Assembly: GCA_019058295.1 (NCBI GenBank)
Contig: JAHPZI010000018.1
Location: 73,578 to 95,647, forward strand
Reading direction: 5' to 3'
Source: Promethearchaeota archaeon
GTDB lineage: Archaea > Asgardarchaeota > Lokiarchaeia > Sigyniarchaeales > SOKP01
DNA: 22,070 bases
Under the pieces are notes generated by a model that saw nothing but the letters and a program-made list of their open reading frames with translations, was not told the DNA's origin and searched no databases. The translations under genes and the position numbers were made by a program. Of the stretch, positions 8,650 to 17,154 are shown piece after piece. Each line of letters starts with the position of its first letter. Position 1 is the stretch's first letter.

Positions 8650-8809
8650 TACTTGCCTGAGATTAATATAATTAATTAATAACCTAACTAGCGATATTTA
8701 CTAATTATAATAATATTTTCTTAATTTAAACATAATTATTATTTTTTAGAAATAAAAATAAAGAAATAATAAATAATATCGAGAAATAAAATATTTTGAA
8801 AGATTTAAA

Positions 8810-9760
8810 ATGGAAATAACTCCTCAAAAGATTTGTGAAGATTTTCGAAGTAATAGATTAGATAAACATTCTGCAATTAAACAATTAATCTCTTTAATTG
8901 AAAATAGTGATGATGAAGAGATTCGAGAAGAGACTGTTTATTGTTTTCAGAACATTGGTGCAATAAACGAGGATCTCTTTTTATTTGAAATTCTAGAAAA
9001 CTTGCTTATTTCTGATTTAAATGAAAAAGTTAGAATTGCAGCTGCTAAATTAATTAAGGATAACTTTCTTCATAAAGCTATAAAACCTATGAAATGGGCG
9101 ATACAATACGAATCTGATTGCGAATGCTTTATAAGTATTATTGAAACTTTAGTTAAAATAAATAATGTGGAATCCAAATCAATTTTAAATGATGAGATCA
9201 AAAAAATCAAGAAAGAAAAATATCTTGATAAGAGTAAAAGAATTGATAATAAAAAGTTTAAAAGATCTATTAAAAAATTACTCAAAGAGAGAAAGTCTGA
9301 AAGTTTTTTGCATGATGAGTTAGCTCAAATAATAATCAATTATAAAATTATGTCTGCTTTAACAAAAAAATTTTATTCCGTTTACTTTGAATTAGAAAGC
9401 GCGTTAGTAGTTAAATTAGACTTAGCTGATGTTGAATACGAAGTAAGAGGGTGGAAAGCAGACTTTAAAAATAATATAAGAGATCTTTCTGAAATTACTG
9501 GCTTAAAAAATTTAAAACATCTATCTTATATCGATATTTCAAATAATTTAATTAGAAATATTAAAGAATTATCAGATTTGGAAAATTTAACACATTTATT
9601 AATATCTAATAATAAAATTACTGATATAAAGAATATCGATTATATAAAACAAATGCCAAATCTTATTTACTTAGATATAAGAGGTAATGAATTTGCTGCT
9701 AAAGTTAACAAACACGATTTTGAAAATTTAAAAGATAAAATAAGAACTTTTTATTATTAA
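8810..9760 (+). CDS. HEAT-repeat + leucine-rich-repeat protein
   Basis: N-terminal LIENSDDEEIREET and LLISDLNEKVRIAAAK HEAT-like units; C-terminal LRRs (LSYIDISNNLI, LTHLLISNNKI, LIYLDIRGNEF). Confidence 0.85.
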   Translation: MEITPQKICEDFRSNRLDKHSAIKQLISLIENSDDEEIREETVYCFQNIGAINEDLFLFEILENLLISDLNEKVRIAAAKLIKDNFLHKAIKPMKWAIQYESDCECFISIIETLVKINNVESKSILNDEIKKIKKEKYLDKSKRIDNKKFKRSIKKLLKERKSESFLHDELAQIIINYKIMSALTKKFYSVYFELESALVVKLDLADVEYEVRGWKADFKNNIRDLSEITGLKNLKHLSYIDISNNLIRNIKELSDLENLTHLLISNNKITDIKNIDYIKQMPNLIYLDIRGNEFAAKVNKHDFENLKDKIRTFYY

Positions 9761-9797
9761 AAAAGAAAGAAAAAAGAAATTTTATTTTAAATTTATA

Positions 9798-11171
9798 TTA
9801 AACGGATGTAAATTCCGTCTTTTTCACGCCAAATAATCCTAAGGATACACCAAGTTCATGATGGTCTTTGGCATAGGTCTTTACTGGAATTCCCTTTAAA
9901 GCTGCGTTTATAGCTTGCCGGAATGCCTTAGCTCCAGCAATGGGCCCTTCTGGATGGGCATGAATACCTCCCCCACTACCAATCATAATATTTGGTCCTA
10001 AATCTTTAATACACTTTTCCACAATTCCTGGAGTAATACCTCCAGAAGGCATCGGCAAAGTTCTTTTAATGTGTGGAGCATTTCCCCATGGTAATACCAT
10101 CTGTCGTGCCACTTCCATAAATTTTTCCCCTAATGTTGGAGCCTTACCATATGGCGCCGGAAATACTATCGTATCACATCCAGACAATCTTCCAAACTTT
10201 CCAAGAATTAAAGGACTGGAGACCCCACTAAATGGATCTTGAAAAAGTGCTCCAGCAAAATCCATATGTCCTAATAATGGCACCTTAACAGATGGATCTT
10301 CTGCCAATTTTCGCATTGCAGAATATCCAACTGATATATGGTTTACCATAAAAGCATTCGCTCCATGCTCCTGAAGAATATCTGCCCATTCAAACATCTT
10401 ATCTACTCTATCTGTGATATTTATGGTATATAAAGTCTTTTCTCCTTTTTCTGAGTCCGCTTTATCTAAAGCCTCCATAAATGCTACGCATCGATCGACA
10501 ATCGGATTGAAATCGACATCGGCAATTAATTCATCATCTTTAATTATATCGCATCCTCCAACAGCTGCTTCATAGGCTAATTTTGCTCCAATTTTAGGAT
10601 CTGTATATACGCAGGGTTTGATCATATTATTCAGCAAGGGTCTTTCTGGAACTCCTAAGAGCTTCCTTATTCCTATATCACCAAATTTAGGACCTTTAAA
10701 TTCAGCAAGGAAGCTTTTTGGAAATCGTACATCTACCATTTTTAATGGTCCCGCCATGCTAATGTTCCCAAATATTGTTGTAAACAGCATAGGGAACTGA
10801 GGTCTAAAATTAAGCGGATACGCAATTTGGACAAAATATTTTCGAAACTTCTTTTCAAGCGTGCTAACATTCAATACTTGATCTATCTGTTCATATTCAA
10901 AATCCGGAAATGGATAAACACCTATAACTTTAGCCACATGCTTTCTTCTTTGCTCAGGTGTTTCTTCTGGTACTGGCACGAAAGTACCAGTAGATTGTTC
11001 AATACATACTACTTGAGCCATATAAAAAGCATCTAAACTCTTAGGAAGTACCATATTATAACTTGCAACGATATGAGTTTCATAATCAATATCCTCGGCA
11101 ATAGCATTCGGTCTTGATCGAAAATCTTGGTCAAACTCGTCAGACATTTTTTCCCAATTATGTTCAGACAT
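9798..11171 (-). CDS. RuBisCO-like protein (form IV, RLP)
   Basis: IEQSTGT, FGNIS, GPKFG, GGCDIIKDDE, MPSGG, GGGIHAHPEG. IKPC, GHMDFAG and FPAPYGK replace the carboxylase KPK, HRAxH and H..GK residues. Confidence 0.9.
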   Translation of the reverse strand: MSEHNWEKMSDEFDQDFRSRPNAIAEDIDYETHIVASYNMVLPKSLDAFYMAQVVCIEQSTGTFVPVPEETPEQRRKHVAKVIGVYPFPDFEYEQIDQVLNVSTLEKKFRKYFVQIAYPLNFRPQFPMLFTTIFGNISMAGPLKMVDVRFPKSFLAEFKGPKFGDIGIRKLLGVPERPLLNNMIKPCVYTDPKIGAKLAYEAAVGGCDIIKDDELIADVDFNPIVDRCVAFMEALDKADSEKGEKTLYTINITDRVDKMFEWADILQEHGANAFMVNHISVGYSAMRKLAEDPSVKVPLLGHMDFAGALFQDPFSGVSSPLILGKFGRLSGCDTIVFPAPYGKAPTLGEKFMEVARQMVLPWGNAPHIKRTLPMPSGGITPGIVEKCIKDLGPNIMIGSGGGIHAHPEGPIAGAKAFRQAINAALKGIPVKTYAKDHHELGVSLGLFGVKKTEFTSV

Positions 11172-11331
11172 GATTTTTCACTTTTACTTATTATTTTTAT
11201 TAATAGATTTTTTTTTAAAAATATTAATGATAATGAATTCAAAAGCTTTTCGTTGAAAAATTAAAAGAAAAATAAAGAGTTATTATAAGATAAAAAAGAA
11301 GAAATTTTAAGTAGTATATTTTTCACTCTCT

Positions 11332-11976
11332 TCAATTTCCCTTTCTTAGGAATAGAAAGATTTTTCTTTTTTTTGGATTATTTGGATTATCTATTACAAA
11401 ATTTCCATTTAACTCGGTGTTATCAGTAAAGAACTTTCCAATTTCTTCCATAATTTCATTATTTTTAGGATAAAATTGAAAAATTATTTTTGATTCTGGT
11501 TTTAGAATCCTTTCAAAAGATTTGGTTAAATTAAGAAGTCTTAATCGCATTTTTCTGTGATTTATATCTCTATATATCCACTGTAGCGTAGAAATAGAAA
11601 TAATAGCATCAAAGCTATTAGATTGAAACGGTAATAAGCACATATCGGCAGCAATAGGATTCAATTCCCTTAAATCGTAAAAATACAGGAATTCTGAAAT
11701 TATATCTAAAGCAACTACATTATATCCCATTTCTTTTAGATAAATAGACGTAAATCCAGGTCCACAACCAGCATCTAAAATTAAACCGTTCGTTTTTTTA
11801 AAATCCAATAATTCAAGAGCTCTGATAGTAATTTTTTCTTGTATTTTCATCATACTTTTTGAGGTAGCGTATTTAGAAAGAATTTTTCCCGAAAAATAAT
11901 CCATAACATTTTTATAACGTTCTTCTGGTCTTTCTTTTTTTACATCAAAATCGTAATCGTCTTTCAATCTTAACAA
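11332..11976 (-). CDS. Bud23/WBSCR22-like class I SAM-dependent (SSU rRNA guanine-N7) methyltransferase
   Basis: RPEE, KY...IQEKITIRALELL, ILDAGCGPG, PFQSNSFDAIISISTLQW, QFYPKN, VIDNPNNPKKRKIFLFL are collinear with the yeast Bud23 motifs as I recall them (RPEE, IQAKMTLRALELL, FDAAISISAIQW, QFYPKN). Confidence 0.85.
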   Translation of the reverse strand: MLRLKDDYDFDVKKERPEERYKNVMDYFSGKILSKYATSKSMMKIQEKITIRALELLDFKKTNGLILDAGCGPGFTSIYLKEMGYNVVALDIISEFLYFYDLRELNPIAADMCLLPFQSNSFDAIISISTLQWIYRDINHRKMRLRLLNLTKSFERILKPESKIIFQFYPKNNEIMEEIGKFFTDNTELNGNFVIDNPNNPKKRKIFLFLRKGN

Positions 11977-12092
11977 TCCTATTTCATTAAGTCTAAAATG
12001 GAGTAAAACATAAATTTTATTAAATTTTGTTAATTTAACTAGTCTAATCTGATTTAGATTATTAATTTATTAGAAATTTTTTGTGATTTTCA

Positions 12093-12395
12093 TTGTCAGA
12101 GAAAGAGGATAAGTTACTAGTAAGAAAAGCAACAATAAATTTAAGGAGAAAATACGGAAGAACAAAGCAAATTAATATTTTAGAGAGAGATGCCTTCATT
12201 CCAAACAAAATCGAAAAAGAAATAAGAGAAACTTTCCTAAAAAAGAAAACAATCACAGCCACAGAAATCGCTTTAAGATACGATATTAGGGTGTCTACAG
12301 CAAAATTATTATTAAACCAATATGAAGAAGAAGGATTAATAAAACTTTTAGATCCTTCTTTAACATTGAAAATTTATGTCCCTATTTCTAAGTAA
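12093..12395 (+). CDS. rps25e: Small subunit ribosomal protein eS25
   Basis: 100-aa basic protein; KTITATEIALRYDIRVSTAKLLLNQYEEEGLIKLL...LKIY fits the S25e winged-helix pattern. Confidence 0.85.
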   Translation: MSEKEDKLLVRKATINLRRKYGRTKQINILERDAFIPNKIEKEIRETFLKKKTITATEIALRYDIRVSTAKLLLNQYEEEGLIKLLDPSLTLKIYVPISK

Positions 12396-12432
12396 AAGAG
12401 TTTTTATAAGTTTAAACGCCTTTTTTTAAATT

Positions 12433-12449
12433 GAAAAGAAATTTATATC
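12433..12449 (+). promoter_or_regulatory. BRE + TATA box of the tRNA gene
   Basis: Purine-rich GAAAAGAAA followed by TTTATAT (12442-12448), about 20-26 nt upstream of the tRNA 5' end. Confidence 0.6.
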
Positions 12450-12467
12450 TTTTTAAAATTAAATATT

Positions 12468-12570
12468 GCAGATGTAGCCTAGCTGGTAAGACGCCGGCTT
12501 CGAGTTATTATTAAGATATGAAAAAGCCGGTGCGCGTAAGCGCTCGGGGGTTCGAGTCCCTCCATCTGCG
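12468..12570 (+). tRNA. tRNA-Ser(CGA) with a 20-nt intron at 37/38 (12505-12524)
   Basis: Acceptor GCAGATG/CATCTGC with G discriminator; anticodon stem CCGGC/GCCGG; CGA at 12501-12503; long variable arm GCGC-GTAA-GCGC; T arm GGGGG-TTCGAGT-CCCTC. BHB motif: TTCG pairs with TGAA, with 3-nt bulges AGT and AAA. No encoded CCA. Confidence 0.95.
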
Positions 12571-12636
12571 TCTATTATATATAGATTGTAGGGTTAAATT
12601 TTATTAAAATGTTTAAAATAAATTAAGGGATCTGAT

Positions 12637-13572
12637 TTATTGGATAAGTTGAAGAATTAAATTTTCCATTTGAGGCTTAGCGGCTTCTATTTTATCTAAA
12701 ATATTGATTGTTTTTTCTAAATTATCTTCTTCCTCCTCTATAATAAATAACAAATAAAACTCTAATCCTCCAAAATTCATTACTTCAACTACACCACTAA
12801 ACCGTTGACCGCTTTCAAACTTTTCTGAAAATTCGAATAAATCACGATTTTCAGCTATAATTCTTTTTTGAACCGTAATGTACATATCATAAATTTTCAA
12901 TTTCTCTTGTAGATGGAGATGAGGTCTATAATATTCACCAATAGTAATTCCCCTGGAATCAAATAAAGCTATTAATATGGAATTATAATTTTTACTTATT
13001 TCAGCAAATAAATGAGAAATCATCTCTATTTTATCAAATAATAATGATAACCCGCTCGAAAATGCGTCCATTACCGATTTAATGTCGTATATACTCGTTT
13101 CGAAAAAAAACATGTCAAACGCTTGGGAATACTTGGCTAAATTTTGTTTTAAAGTCAAGATCTTTTTATTAATCTCTTTTTCTTTTAGAATCTGTGGATC
13201 AAATTTATGAAAAAGGACAGCAATACGTGGATACATCTGCTCTTCTTTAAAAAATATTAATATTTGATCTAAATAATCTAATGATTCAATATAGCGCTTA
13301 TAATCCTGTGCATCAATTACATAATAAATTAAATCCATGCCACCTAAAAATTTTCCTGGTTTTTTTAAATAATCCTCTCTATAGAATTCTTGCCCTCCAA
13401 AATCCATTCTAATAAATTCGATACCTAGAAATTTGAAAGTATCTCTATCTACTCTTCGGGTTGGTATTAATTTAGCAATTTCATCTTCGAACCCAAATCG
13501 CTCTGTAATTGCTGTAATGATGCTTGTTTTTCCTGCGTTGTCTAATCCGAGAAATCCAATTTTTTGAACCAT
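12637..13572 (-). CDS. Arf/Rag-like small GTPase with C-terminal roadblock/longin-like domain
   Basis: G1 GLDNAGKTS, G2 PT, G3 DFGGQ, G4 HKFD, G5 TSI; C-terminal about 130 aa with LIALFDSRGITIGEYY...FYLLFII. Confidence 0.9.
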   Translation of the reverse strand: MVQKIGFLGLDNAGKTSIITAITERFGFEDEIAKLIPTRRVDRDTFKFLGIEFIRMDFGGQEFYREDYLKKPGKFLGGMDLIYYVIDAQDYKRYIESLDYLDQILIFFKEEQMYPRIAVLFHKFDPQILKEKEINKKILTLKQNLAKYSQAFDMFFFETSIYDIKSVMDAFSSGLSLLFDKIEMISHLFAEISKNYNSILIALFDSRGITIGEYYRPHLHLQEKLKIYDMYITVQKRIIAENRDLFEFSEKFESGQRFSGVVEVMNFGGLEFYLLFIIEEEEDNLEKTINILDKIEAAKPQMENLILQLIQ

Positions 13573-13582
13573 TTTTTTAACT

Positions 13583-13589
13583 TCACCTC
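13583..13589 (-). promoter_or_regulatory. Shine-Dalgarno site of the GTPase gene
   Basis: GAGGTGA on the minus strand, 10 nt before the ATG at 13572. Confidence 0.6.
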
Positions 13590-13739
13590 GTAAAAATAAG
13601 ATGAAAAAAAATTCTCTAATTATTTTGAATTAGAACTTAATTAAAAAGTAAGGTATTATAGTATTTATATTATTAAAAAATGAGATAAGATCTAAAAATT
13701 AATAATATTTGTTCTAACTAATTTAAATATTTCTTAGAA

Positions 13740-14021
13740 TTATCCACCCGCTAATGGAACGCTCAAATGAATGTTGTCTCCATCCTTTAGGGCAGTTTTA
13801 TAATTATTCAAATATTTAATATTCCTCCCGTTTACTAAGATAAGAATCTGTTTGTCTAATTTTTTTTTACTTTTGTTTAGCAATTGAACATCTAATTTAT
13901 GGCTGTGATCTTTTATAAATTTAGAAATTACTTCTTCAATAGTACTTCCATTATATTCTATAGATTTCTCTTTAATCTGTAAGTAAAATATGTTTAATAA
14001 ATTTAAATTTACTTTTGCCAT
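13740..14021 (-). CDS. MoaD/ThiS/SAMP/Urm1-family ubiquitin-like sulfur carrier
   Basis: 93 aa; ILILVNGRNI, LKDGDNIHLSVPLAGG with C-terminal di-glycine. Confidence 0.92.
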   Translation of the reverse strand: MAKVNLNLLNIFYLQIKEKSIEYNGSTIEEVISKFIKDHSHKLDVQLLNKSKKKLDKQILILVNGRNIKYLNNYKTALKDGDNIHLSVPLAGG

Positions 14022-14144
14022 ATTTTTTCAATAATAATAAAAATTATTTCCATTTTAAGGTTAATTCTAATAAAAAAAAAAGAAATTCATTTTGATTAAA
14101 AAAATATTTATTTTATTTTGTCTAATCACAATATTGAATTATAT

Positions 14145-15368
14145 TCAAAAAATTTTAAATTCTTCAATATTATTTAAGCTTTCCAGGATTAAATCCTTTA
14201 AATTTAACGATTTATATAAAGTTTTTAGCTCTTCGATGGTTATTTCTTGATTTTTAGGTTTAAATTGACAATAATCTATATTGACTAGATCTCTTGATAT
14301 TTTGTTTATCATTTCTTCAACATTATTTGACTCTAAACCTATAGTTGGTGTGAAAACAGGATATTTAGAAAATAAATAATTGAGGGCAATTGATTCTAAA
14401 TCCACTTCATCTGGACATAAAAAAGTATTATTCAAACTAACGCCGTCAGATATCGCCCTTATTCTATCAAAACCTTCGATATCAAATTCTTTTAGCATTA
14501 TAGATTGAGATTCAAATCTGATAAGTCTGCAGATTGCGCATATATATTTCTTCTCTTTTAAAATATTTTCTATATTTTCTATTATTTTTATTAGATTAAC
14601 CTTTCTGATTATAAAATTACGTTTTGGAGAATAATTTGCCAATTCATTCCAATTAGATAATTGTGATTCTAAAAAATACTCGTCATTTGTCAATTGAAAT
14701 AAGATTGGATAAATTTCGCATCCCCTTCTCATCAATAAGAATCCAGCTAATAAATCGCTTAATCTTCCAATGTCAGGAACCAAAATCTTTTTATTTTTCT
14801 CAATCGGTAACCCGCCCCATTCAGTCTTTATTATCTCAGTATATATATAAGAGAATTCACCTCGAACTTCAATATATATCTTTTTCATTGGATTTGACAA
14901 ATTTACTTTTAAATTAAGGTTTTTAAAATTATCCATAATTGCCTGTCCTCCTTTTACAGCAATATCATGTGAAGTATATTCATGTTTTCCAGATCTTTTA
15001 ACTCTAAGAGCAAAAGTATCTCCTTTATGTAGAATCTTTTCTCCTACTAAAATTAATTTTTCGACAATATTTTTAATTCTATTTGAAGTTCTTAACGCAG
15101 GGTTAAATGAGTAAATCCCAAAAACTTTTTTTAACACTTTTATTGCGTTTGAAATCTCCTTATTATTGAAAAAGAAAAGAATTCTTGCCGAATCTTTAGT
15201 TAATTGAAATTTATAAAATGGAATTCCAGATCGAGCTAAACTGATTTTGATATTTGAAATCAGAATTTTTAGCATCCTAATTTTTACTTTCCTTGATTTA
15301 AGCCAAATCTCTGGAGATGGATTTATCTTGATTAAATTATACAATTCTAAAGGAGGTTGATTTTTCAC
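14145..15368 (-). CDS. ThiI-like THUMP-domain protein with degenerate PP-loop
   Basis: EIWLKS N-terminus; THUMP (TFALRVKRSGKH...VNLSNP...IEVR); GGLP; LLMRRGCEI; CAIC and late DYC. The SGGxDS PP-loop is replaced by DIGRLSD. Confidence 0.85.
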   Translation of the reverse strand: MKNQPPLELYNLIKINPSPEIWLKSRKVKIRMLKILISNIKISLARSGIPFYKFQLTKDSARILFFFNNKEISNAIKVLKKVFGIYSFNPALRTSNRIKNIVEKLILVGEKILHKGDTFALRVKRSGKHEYTSHDIAVKGGQAIMDNFKNLNLKVNLSNPMKKIYIEVRGEFSYIYTEIIKTEWGGLPIEKNKKILVPDIGRLSDLLAGFLLMRRGCEIYPILFQLTNDEYFLESQLSNWNELANYSPKRNFIIRKVNLIKIIENIENILKEKKYICAICRLIRFESQSIMLKEFDIEGFDRIRAISDGVSLNNTFLCPDEVDLESIALNYLFSKYPVFTPTIGLESNNVEEMINKISRDLVNIDYCQFKPKNQEITIEELKTLYKSLNLKDLILESLNNIEEFKIF

Positions 15369-15411
15369 TTTTACATCAAATTCAAATAAATTTTAGTTAA
15401 GAAATTTAAAA

Positions 15412-16992
15412 TCAAGTTAATATAGTAGTTTGATATCTGCCAATTACTTTTTTTTTACCCGTTCTTAAGTTATGCTCTGTTAAAATTATTAGACCATCTT
15501 TATATATATCAATTTCAATAAAATTTTCATCAAAATGAATACCTTGAAGATTTCCTCCGTTTGAAAATATTGAATTATCTATTTTTACGTTAAACGATAC
15601 GCTTGGTGAGCTATTTAGAACAAGATCTATCTGAGAGCGAGCAAATTGAGATAGAGCATCTCCTGAATCAATTAACTCTGTCTTCCAAACACTTAATGGT
15701 GTCGGTATTAAATTATGATAGCTGCATACTCCAAATATTTTTTGATGACTAAGATTTAACACTTTTTCCATGAATTTATGTAATTTTTTACGACCAATAT
15801 AACCTTCTTTTGAGTCTGGTCGTGTTGAATTAATTCCTTGAAAATATATTTTTTCCTTTTCGTATAATGGATCTAAGGAACCAATATAATGTTCCCAATA
15901 TTCCCAAGCTGGAGGTTTTGAATCTGAATAACCGGGAACAGCTATATAGGGGTGTTGAATTTCTGCTAATTTTTCTTCAGCTAGTTTAAATTCTTCTTTA
16001 TAGCTATGTTTTGTTAGGTTTCCAGTATGAACAACTAAATCTATGTCTCTAATTTTGTTAATCTCATCAATTGTATCATTAAAATTTGAATTTGGTTGTT
16101 CCGAAATCTCAGTATTACATATTTGAATAAATTTGCAAAATGGTTTTTCGTTTATTTTAATTTCCCGCGGAACATAATACTTAATATTACGATGAATCTC
16201 TTTTTTAGGAATTTCTTCTAGAATTGGTAATAGTTTAAAATTAAGTGTATTTCCACTAATGTCAATAACGCTATATGTAAAAAGTTCTCTGTATCTTGTT
16301 TTATTACAACAAAATGTACCTGCGTTATAAATATATAAATCTTTATTAGTGCTATTCAAAGTATATATATTTGAAATATGTCTATGACCATTTAAAACTA
16401 AATCAGTATTTGTATCAATTAACATTTGAAGCATATTTCCCGAATCATCTATGGCAGATCTCTCTTTTCCCGTATTTGGAATCGGAATAAGTTGATGATG
16501 GAAACAGACGATTTTTAACTTCTTTTCTCTTTCAGGCTGCAATAGTCGTTTTTTTACCGCATTAATCGGACCATGGTGAATAACGCCTCCAGGTAAATCT
16601 GGTTTAGTGCTATCTATTCCTATTATATAATCATTCGAGTCTTCGAACTCAAAATGCCTCTCTCCAATGAGTTCTTCAAATAATAAATATCCTACATTTT
16701 TAGCATCATGATTTCCAATTAAGTAATATATTGGAGCCTTTGATATAGGATTAAATTTCTTCATTTGTTCTATCGCATATTCATAATCCAACAAAGTTCC
16801 AGATTGAGTGATATCTCCTAAATGAAGAAAGAGAGTGACATTTTTAATTTTATTAATTTTTTTAATTCCCTTGTCGAATGCTTTTATATTAAATTCAGTA
16901 CCCGACGGAGTCATATGTGTATCTGAAATAATTACAATTCTTTTCTTGGTATTATGATTATTTTTCATTTTAACTGTCTGATCTAATGCCAT
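15412..16992 (-). CDS. Tandem calcineurin-like metallophosphoesterase (Icc/CpdA-like); second domain degenerate
   Basis: Domain 1: SDTH, GDIT, GNHD, FHH, GHRH. Domain 2 equivalents: CNTE, GNLT, GYSD, YHN, NSSP. Confidence 0.88.
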   Translation of the reverse strand: MALDQTVKMKNNHNTKKRIVIISDTHMTPSGTEFNIKAFDKGIKKINKIKNVTLFLHLGDITQSGTLLDYEYAIEQMKKFNPISKAPIYYLIGNHDAKNVGYLLFEELIGERHFEFEDSNDYIIGIDSTKPDLPGGVIHHGPINAVKKRLLQPEREKKLKIVCFHHQLIPIPNTGKERSAIDDSGNMLQMLIDTNTDLVLNGHRHISNIYTLNSTNKDLYIYNAGTFCCNKTRYRELFTYSVIDISGNTLNFKLLPILEEIPKKEIHRNIKYYVPREIKINEKPFCKFIQICNTEISEQPNSNFNDTIDEINKIRDIDLVVHTGNLTKHSYKEEFKLAEEKLAEIQHPYIAVPGYSDSKPPAWEYWEHYIGSLDPLYEKEKIYFQGINSTRPDSKEGYIGRKKLHKFMEKVLNLSHQKIFGVCSYHNLIPTPLSVWKTELIDSGDALSQFARSQIDLVLNSSPSVSFNVKIDNSIFSNGGNLQGIHFDENFIEIDIYKDGLIILTEHNLRTGKKKVIGRYQTTILT

Positions 16993-17154
16993 AATATCTC
17001 TCTTCGATCTTTCTTTTATTTAATTGGATGCCCTAAATAAATTGTATTTTCTTCTAATACATCATCAAAGTTTGTATATGAATGAGTTAAAAATTGTATA
17101 TTTCTTTTTAATTAACATTAAAGAAAATATGATAAAAAAAATAAAATATTATAC

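Noticed and set aside
5553-9285. Short ORFs 5553-5792, 7377-7607, 7604-7795, 8430-8633, 9070-9285
   Set aside because: Each lies opposite a better-supported CDS.
9798-11171. Carbon-fixing (form I-III) RuBisCO
   Set aside because: The K177, R295 and H327 equivalents are substituted; the pattern is that of an RLP.
12468-12636. Integrated mobile element at the tRNA
   Set aside because: No integrase or transposase and no duplicated tRNA 3' end seen in the window.
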